From: an uncultured bacterium
GTDB lineage: Bacteria; Lernaellota; Lernaellaia; Lernaellales; Lernaellaceae
Reading direction: 5' to 3'
Assembly: GCA_964534375.1 (NCBI GenBank)
Contig: CAZHPN010000091.1
Coordinates: forward strand, 1 to 22,578
DNA length: 22,578 bases
Shown piece by piece: positions 17,244 to 22,578 of this stretch. The position numbers were made by a program, and so were the translations under genes. Under the pieces are notes generated by a model. That model was not told the origin of the DNA and did not search any database. It saw only the letters and a program-made list of their open reading frames with translations. The stretch's first letter is position 1. Each line of letters begins with the position of its first letter.

Positions 17244-17285
17244 TGCTCATTGTTCACTGTTCACTGTTCACTGTTCACTTCTCAT
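17244..17285 (+). repeat. Heptamer tandem repeat (TGTTCAC)4 with degenerate flanks
   Basis: TGCTCAT, TGTTCAC x4 (17251-17278), TTCTCAT. The last unit overlaps the oxidoreductase stop codon. Confidence 0.9.
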
Positions 17286-18805
17286 TCACCGTATTCGGCC
17301 TCGGTGTTGACATCCCAGATCGCGTCGCGCGGGCCGCCCGAGATCAGGTGCTCGACGGCGCACATCGCCGTAAGCATCGAGTGGTCTTGATTGTTGTAGC
17401 GGTGCATCCCGTTGCGGCCGATCAGGTACAGGTTGGGCAGCGCGTCGGTGAAGCGCCGGATTTCCGCCAGCCGCGTCTCCGGCCCGAAATACGCGGGGTA
17501 CGCCCGCGGCGCACGAATAACGGTGGAATCGAGCACGTCTGCCGGATCGATCAGGCCGATCGCCGCCAGTTCGCGCACGGCCAGCGCGGCCATCTCGGCG
17601 TCGGCCAAGCTCCAGACGCGGTCGCCGGCGTCGCAGAAATATTCCGCGCCGAGCCACACCGTCGCCGGGTCGCGCACGAGATGCGGGCTCCAGTTGTTGA
17701 AGATTTGGACGCGGCCGAGCTGCACGCGGCCGTCCTGCACGTAAATCCAGTGGTCCGGAATCGTCGCCGCGCCGCCGTGGGCGAAGCCGTTGCGCAGGTG
17801 CAGCCGCGAGAGCAGCACGCCGACGGTGATGAAATCGCGATGCCGCAAACTCGCCGCGGCTTCGCGCACGGGCTCGGGCGCGTCGTCCAACCCGGCGATC
17901 AGGTCGGCGATGGGCATCGAACTGAAGAAATAATCGCCCGGCTCCAGCGTTTCCCGCCCGGCCTCGTCGCGCACCCGCGCCGCCGCAATGCGCCCGCCGT
18001 CGCGCGTCAGCCCAACGACCTGGCAGTGCCGGCGGATCTCCCCGCGGCTTTCGATCCGCCGCCCGACTTCCTCCCACATCTGGCCGGGCCCGAATTTCGG
18101 ATACAGAAACCGGCCGATCAGCGTCGTCTCGACGCCCTCATGCGAGGTGGCCGCCGGCCGCCGCAACGCGTGCGCGAGGGCGCGGCGCAACGACAAGCCG
18201 CGCACGCGCTGCACGCCCCACGCGGCGGCGATCTCGCGGCAGGGGGCTCCCCAGACTTTTTCGGTGTAGCCCTGAAAAAACGTCCGATACAGCTCGCGGC
18301 CGAAGCGGTTGATGAAGAAATCTTCCAACGATTTCTCGGGCGCGATTCGGGCCGCCCGCGCCCGCAGATAGCTCAGCCCGATGCGCGCGGCGCGCGCCGG
18401 CCCGAGTTTGCGCAGCGTGTCGACGTTCAGGGTGACCGGATAATCGAAAAGCTGGCCCGAAAACAAGATGCGCGAAACGCGGTCGCGCCAGAGCATGGGG
18501 AAGTCGGCCGCCGGTCCGGCCGGCGCGTCGGGCCAGGGCAGCATTTGCCGCCACCAATTCATGACCCGCGCGGATTTGGAGAAGAAGCGATGGCCGCCGA
18601 TGTCGATGCGGTTGCCCTTGTAGACGAGGGTCTTCGCCAAACCGCCAAGTTCGCCGGATTCCTCGAAGACGACGGGCCGAAGGTCGGTCTTTTCGAGCAG
18701 TTCCCACGCGGCGGCGAGACCCGCCGGACCGCCCCCGATAATGATCGCCGTTTTCGGCGCCAAGCCGCCTCCGCCGCGCGTTTTACGTCTCGCCCACTTT
18801 CTCAC
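17282..18805 (-). CDS. NAD(P)/FAD-dependent oxidoreductase (HemY / UDP-galactopyranose mutase-like superfamily)
   Basis: [43 protein letters not shown]. The true start may be TTG 18763, which has GGAGG just upstream. Confidence 0.85.
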   Translation of the reverse strand: MRKWARRKTRGGGGLAPKTAIIIGGGPAGLAAAWELLEKTDLRPVVFEESGELGGLAKTLVYKGNRIDIGGHRFFSKSARVMNWWRQMLPWPDAPAGPAADFPMLWRDRVSRILFSGQLFDYPVTLNVDTLRKLGPARAARIGLSYLRARAARIAPEKSLEDFFINRFGRELYRTFFQGYTEKVWGAPCREIAAAWGVQRVRGLSLRRALAHALRRPAATSHEGVETTLIGRFLYPKFGPGQMWEEVGRRIESRGEIRRHCQVVGLTRDGGRIAAARVRDEAGRETLEPGDYFFSSMPIADLIAGLDDAPEPVREAAASLRHRDFITVGVLLSRLHLRNGFAHGGAATIPDHWIYVQDGRVQLGRVQIFNNWSPHLVRDPATVWLGAEYFCDAGDRVWSLADAEMAALAVRELAAIGLIDPADVLDSTVIRAPRAYPAYFGPETRLAEIRRFTDALPNLYLIGRNGMHRYNNQDHSMLTAMCAVEHLISGGPRDAIWDVNTEAEYGE

Positions 18806-18937
18806 AAGGGAGCGGCAAAGGAAAACGCCGCGAGCCGCCGATCGCTCGGACGTCCGCGGCCGGCGCCGCGACCGGCATGCCGATGCGGGTTTTTGAACGG
18901 ATCTTTTCTTGACAGGAGCAACAGGAATCCGCCGTAT

Positions 18938-19813
18938 TCACATCGTGGTTTTGGCGGTTTGCTCCTTAATTTTCGCCGCGAACTCGGCCGGCCGCGCCAG
19001 CCAGCCGAACGCTTCGGTCGCCCCGCTCTTGCGGCGGAGCTTGATTTTCCCCAGGCCGAAAAGCCGGCCGCCGATTCCGGGCGCGACTTCGACGCCTTCG
19101 ATTTCCGCCAGGGGAATTTGCAGCAGGCGATCGCCGAACAACCCCGATTTCAGCAGCACCTGACGATCGGTGACGACGAACTCCGACATGGCCTTTCGCC
19201 GGATATTCGCGATCCAGAACAGCACGGCGACGATGCCCAGGAAGATGGCCTCGGGCACATACCGTTTCCCGAGGAGGTAGGCGAACGCGGCGGCGACGGT
19301 CACCAGCGCGGGCCAGAGGAAGATCAGCCCGTGCAGATTCGCGCGGTAGGCGATCGTCTCGCCGGCCGGCAGCCCGACGACCGGCTCGACGTACACCGAC
19401 AGCAGCTTGGTCAGCCGGATCAGCAGCATCGGTTTCGACAACAGGCCGGCGCCGCGCAGTTTCAATTCGCCGGAAAGCATTTTCTTGACCACGGCCCGGC
19501 CCGTCGCGTCCGTCACATCAGGCAGCCCTAACATCAACTTGGCGTTGCTCAAGTCGAGCACCGTGCCCGAGTCGGTCGAGATCGTGACGTCGGGCTTGCC
19601 GTTGACGCCGCCGTAAACGACCAGTTCGCCGCCGCGAAAATCCAGAGTCAGCGCCACCTCGGCGTCTTTCGCCTCGATGGCGACGGCGCCGCGCAACGCG
19701 TCGAAGTCGGCCTGCCGTTGCGGGTGCTGCGCGACGTTCTGCTGCATGAGGTCGACGAGCATGGCCGCCAGCCCGTTGTCCTCGGCGCTGGGGTCGATTT
19801 TGACATTCAGCAT
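18938..19813 (-). CDS. SCP2 lipid-binding domain fused to membrane-anchored bacterial PH (bPH_2) domain
   Basis: N-half is SCP2-like (LDFRGGEL...KPDVTI...MLSGELKLRG). C-half has GETIAYRANLH, two TM helices and FVVTDRQVLLKSGL...IEGVEV...GRLFGLG. Confidence 0.75.
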   Translation of the reverse strand: MLNVKIDPSAEDNGLAAMLVDLMQQNVAQHPQRQADFDALRGAVAIEAKDAEVALTLDFRGGELVVYGGVNGKPDVTISTDSGTVLDLSNAKLMLGLPDVTDATGRAVVKKMLSGELKLRGAGLLSKPMLLIRLTKLLSVYVEPVVGLPAGETIAYRANLHGLIFLWPALVTVAAAFAYLLGKRYVPEAIFLGIVAVLFWIANIRRKAMSEFVVTDRQVLLKSGLFGDRLLQIPLAEIEGVEVAPGIGGRLFGLGKIKLRRKSGATEAFGWLARPAEFAAKIKEQTAKTTM

Positions 19814-19822
19814 GCGTTCTTC

Positions 19823-21007
19823 CTACGGCCGCGCGTCGCCCGCCCAGGCCTTGCGCAACACCGGCAGAATCTCGGCCGCGTCGAGGACGGGTTTGCCGTT
19901 ATAGACGATCGAGGCGTCGGAGATCGCCACCTGGGCGCACGCTTCCAGATCGGACTCGGGCACGCCGACGCCGGCCATCGTCGTGGGCAGGCCCAATTCG
20001 ACGACGAGCGCCGCGATCGCATCGGCCGCGGCGAGCCCGGCTTCGGCGGCCGACATGCCGCGCGTGTCGACGCCCATCGCCTCGGCGATCATCGCGTGTT
20101 CCTCGGCGACGTCGGAATTGTTGTAGCGCATCACATACGGCATGACGACCGCGTTGGCCGTGCCGTGGTGTACGTGATGGCGGGCGCCGATCGTGTGGGC
20201 GATCGCGTGAATCATGCCCACCTGCGCGTTGCTGAACGCCGCGCCGGCGAGCGTCGAGGCGATGAGCATCTGGCCCCGGGCGGTCAGGTTGCGGCCGTCT
20301 TTCACGGCGACGGGCAGCCACTTGCGAATCAGCCGGATCGCGTGCAGGCCGAGCGCGTCGGACATGGGTTCGCGCTGCGCCGAGGTGACGGCTTCGACGC
20401 CGTGCGACATCGCGTCCATGCCGGTCGCCGCGGTCATCAGCGGCGGCAGATTCACGGTCAGCACGGGGTCGAGAATCGCGACGTCGGGAAGAATGTTGTA
20501 ATCGCCGAACAGGAGCTTTTGTTTTTTGTCGTGGTCTTTAATCACGGCCACGTATGTGACTTCCGAGCCCGTGCCGGCGGTCGTCGGAATGCAGACGTGC
20601 GGCGCGACCTTGCGCGTCAGCACCTGGAAGCCCTGGTAATCCTCGAGCGCGCCGCCCTCGCGCAGCAAAATGGCGATGCCCTTGGCGGTGTCGATCGAAC
20701 TGCCGCCGCCGACGCTGACCACGCCCTCCGCCCCGCGGCTCTTGGCGAACTCGTAGCCACTGTTCACGACGTGCACGCCGGAATCGGCGGGAATGTCGCT
20801 GAACACGCCGACGCACGCCGAGCCGAGCGCCTTCTCGATTTTTTTGATGATGTCCGTTTTCTGGTGCAGGAACGGATCGGCGACGATCACCGCCTTCGTG
20901 CAGCCCAGGTTGCGCAACTCGACGCCGGCGTCGCCGGCCGTGTTTGCGCCGAAAACCACCCGCGTCGGACTGAAATAGATGAACGAAAGGTCGTCGGAGT
21001 ATGCCAT
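19823..21007 (-). CDS. Iron-containing alcohol dehydrogenase
   Basis: GGGSSID, PTTAGTGSE, DAMSHGVE, HAIAH and VHHG metal-ligand motifs. Confidence 0.93.
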   Translation of the reverse strand: MAYSDDLSFIYFSPTRVVFGANTAGDAGVELRNLGCTKAVIVADPFLHQKTDIIKKIEKALGSACVGVFSDIPADSGVHVVNSGYEFAKSRGAEGVVSVGGGSSIDTAKGIAILLREGGALEDYQGFQVLTRKVAPHVCIPTTAGTGSEVTYVAVIKDHDKKQKLLFGDYNILPDVAILDPVLTVNLPPLMTAATGMDAMSHGVEAVTSAQREPMSDALGLHAIRLIRKWLPVAVKDGRNLTARGQMLIASTLAGAAFSNAQVGMIHAIAHTIGARHHVHHGTANAVVMPYVMRYNNSDVAEEHAMIAEAMGVDTRGMSAAEAGLAAADAIAALVVELGLPTTMAGVGVPESDLEACAQVAISDASIVYNGKPVLDAAEILPVLRKAWAGDARP

Positions 21008-21091
21008 TTTCCCACCCCGTTTCCGGCGACCGCGCGCGGCGCCGCGCCGCCCGCGATCATGATTTTTAAGCTGCCAAACGCGCGAGCCGCG

Positions 21092-21511
21092 TCACTCGTC
21101 GAGAAATTGGGTGTCGACCATGCCGCACGAATTCACCAACTCTTGCGACGCTTTCACGGCGCGCACGATGGTCGGCAGGTCGCCCTTCAACTTCAGCTTG
21201 CCCTGCATCATGCCCTTGATCGGGTCCAGTTCCTTCTTGATCACCTGTTTCCACCGCGAATATTCGCCCGTGATGCAGAACGGCGCCTTGGCCGCTTCCG
21301 CCGCGGTCACAATTTTCGCCTCGTGGCAGACGCCGCGGTCGAGGTCGAGCCAGATGGCAATGTCGTTGGGCAGCGCCGGCGGCAGCGCCTTGCAGACCAA
21401 CGCCACCACGCCGTGCGTCCAGTCGGCGGCGCCGGTCTTGTATTCGGGGTTGTTGTTGATCGCGTCTTTGTAAACCTTGACCCACTCTTCGCTCGGGAAA
21501 GGCAAACCCAT
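21092..21511 (-). CDS. SCP2 sterol/lipid-binding domain protein
   Basis: FPSEEW...LDPIKGMMQGKLKLKGD; AAGGAGG SD at 21524-21518. Confidence 0.88.
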   Translation of the reverse strand: MGLPFPSEEWVKVYKDAINNNPEYKTGAADWTHGVVALVCKALPPALPNDIAIWLDLDRGVCHEAKIVTAAEAAKAPFCITGEYSRWKQVIKKELDPIKGMMQGKLKLKGDLPTIVRAVKASQELVNSCGMVDTQFLDE

Positions 21512-21532
21512 AATCAGCCTCCTTGGAAACGG

Positions 21533-22578
21533 TCAGTCGTTGAGAATGTAGTCGTACCAGAATTTCTTCGATCGATCGAGGGCCAGATCGACGTGAATGT
21601 GTTTCACCTGCGTGTATTCGAGCAGGCCGTGCGGGCCGAGTTCGCGGCCGACGCCCGATTGCTTGTAACCGCCGAACGGGGCCAGCGCGTTGAGCAGGTG
21701 GTAGTCGTTGATCCACACGGTGCCGGTGCGGATGCGCTTGGCGATTTCGATAGCCTTGGGAATGTCGCGCGTGAAGACCGCGCCGCCGAGGCCGTAGATG
21801 CTGTCGTTCGCCATGCGGATCGCGTCGTCCACGTCTTTGTACTTAATGACCGAAAGCACCGGTCCGAAAATCTCTTCGCGGGCGATGGTTGAGTCGTTGG
21901 CGACTTCGTCGAAGATCGTCGGCTGAATGAAATAGCCCTTCTTCATGTGGTCGGGCCGACCGCCGCCGCACACCAGCCGCGCGCCTTCTTTGTGGCCGGT
22001 CTCGATGTAGCCGAGCACGCGCTTGTACTGCGCCAGCGAAACCACCGGGCCCATCGAGGTTTCGTAATCGGCCGTGTCGCCGATCTTGATGTGCGTGACG
22101 CGCTCCTTGAGGCGCTCCATGAAGGCATCGTAGATCGACGCGGGCACGAAGCAGCGCGTGCCGGATTCGCACACCTGGCCCGAGTGGAAGAACGTGCCGA
22201 ACAGCGCGCCGTCGACGGCGTTCACCAGGTCGGCGTCGTCGCAAATGATGGTCGGGCTTTTGCCGCCCAACTCCAGCGTGACCTTTTTAATGGTGTCCGC
22301 GGCGAGCTTCATGACGCGCTTGCCGGTTTCGGTCGAGCCCGTGAGCGCGACCTTGTCGACCATGGGGTTGGTGCAGAGTTCCTCGCCCACGACCGAGCCC
22401 GCGCCGATGACGATGTTGAGGACGCCCGGCGGCAGGCCGCACTCGGCCGCAGTTTTGGCGATTTCCAGGGCGGTCAGGGGCGTGTCGGACGCGGGCTTGA
22501 GGACCATGCAGTTGCCCATGATGAGCGCCGGCGCGATCTTCCAGACGGCCATCATGAACGGGAAATTCCACGGGATGA
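21533..22578 (-). CDS. NAD(P)-dependent aldehyde dehydrogenase (5' end outside window)
   Basis: Frame is open to the window edge (IPWNFP). LKPA, TGSTETG, LELGGKS, catalytic GQVC, EEIFGPV, PFGGYKQSG. Confidence 0.95.
   Translation of the reverse strand, partial: IPWNFPFMMAVWKIAPALIMGNCMVLKPASDTPLTALEIAKTAAECGLPPGVLNIVIGAGSVVGEELCTNPMVDKVALTGSTETGKRVMKLAADTIKKVTLELGGKSPTIICDDADLVNAVDGALFGTFFHSGQVCESGTRCFVPASIYDAFMERLKERVTHIKIGDTADYETSMGPVVSLAQYKRVLGYIETGHKEGARLVCGGGRPDHMKKGYFIQPTIFDEVANDSTIAREEIFGPVLSVIKYKDVDDAIRMANDSIYGLGGAVFTRDIPKAIEIAKRIRTGTVWINDYHLLNALAPFGGYKQSGVGRELGPHGLLEYTQVKHIHVDLALDRSKKFWYDYILND

Noticed and set aside
17244..17285. CRISPR array
   Set aside because: Contiguous 7-mers without spacers, and no cas genes.
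13776..21892. Long antisense ORFs 13776..17390, 17348..19531 and 19718..21892 (also 10249..12492)
   Set aside because: Mirror frames of well-supported genes, with no independent domain signal.

Overview
High-GC bacterial chromosomal window in two parts; gene content suggests a deltaproteobacterium-like organism (inference). (1) Bases 1-5699 are the right end of an integrated, decaying prophage/genomic island. It ends in the duplicated 3' half of a tRNA-Lys(CTT) (att site, 5655-5699), followed by a strong terminator. It carries a partial metallophosphoesterase, small hypothetical ORFs, an intact lower-GC 719-aa PD-(D/E)XK nuclease-domain gene with its own promoter, a 5'-truncated XRE regulator abutting a LamG-like gene tail, a hairpin-rich spacer, an amber-interrupted beta-sandwich (tail/adhesin-like) gene and a Cys-rich lipoprotein. 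(2) Bases 5774-22578 are host backbone: a fused CoA-activase/2-hydroxyacyl-CoA dehydratase-type protein, a membrane spermidine-synthase-like SAM-binding protein, a TPR protein with an N-terminal QLDLF (beta-clamp consensus) motif behind a GAF-PAS hybrid histidine kinase, an FAD oxidoreductase, and an ALDH-SCP2-FeADH-SCP2/bPH_2 operon. Short 7- and 9-mer intergenic repeats lie between these genes. All calls come from reading motifs by eye; no searches were run.
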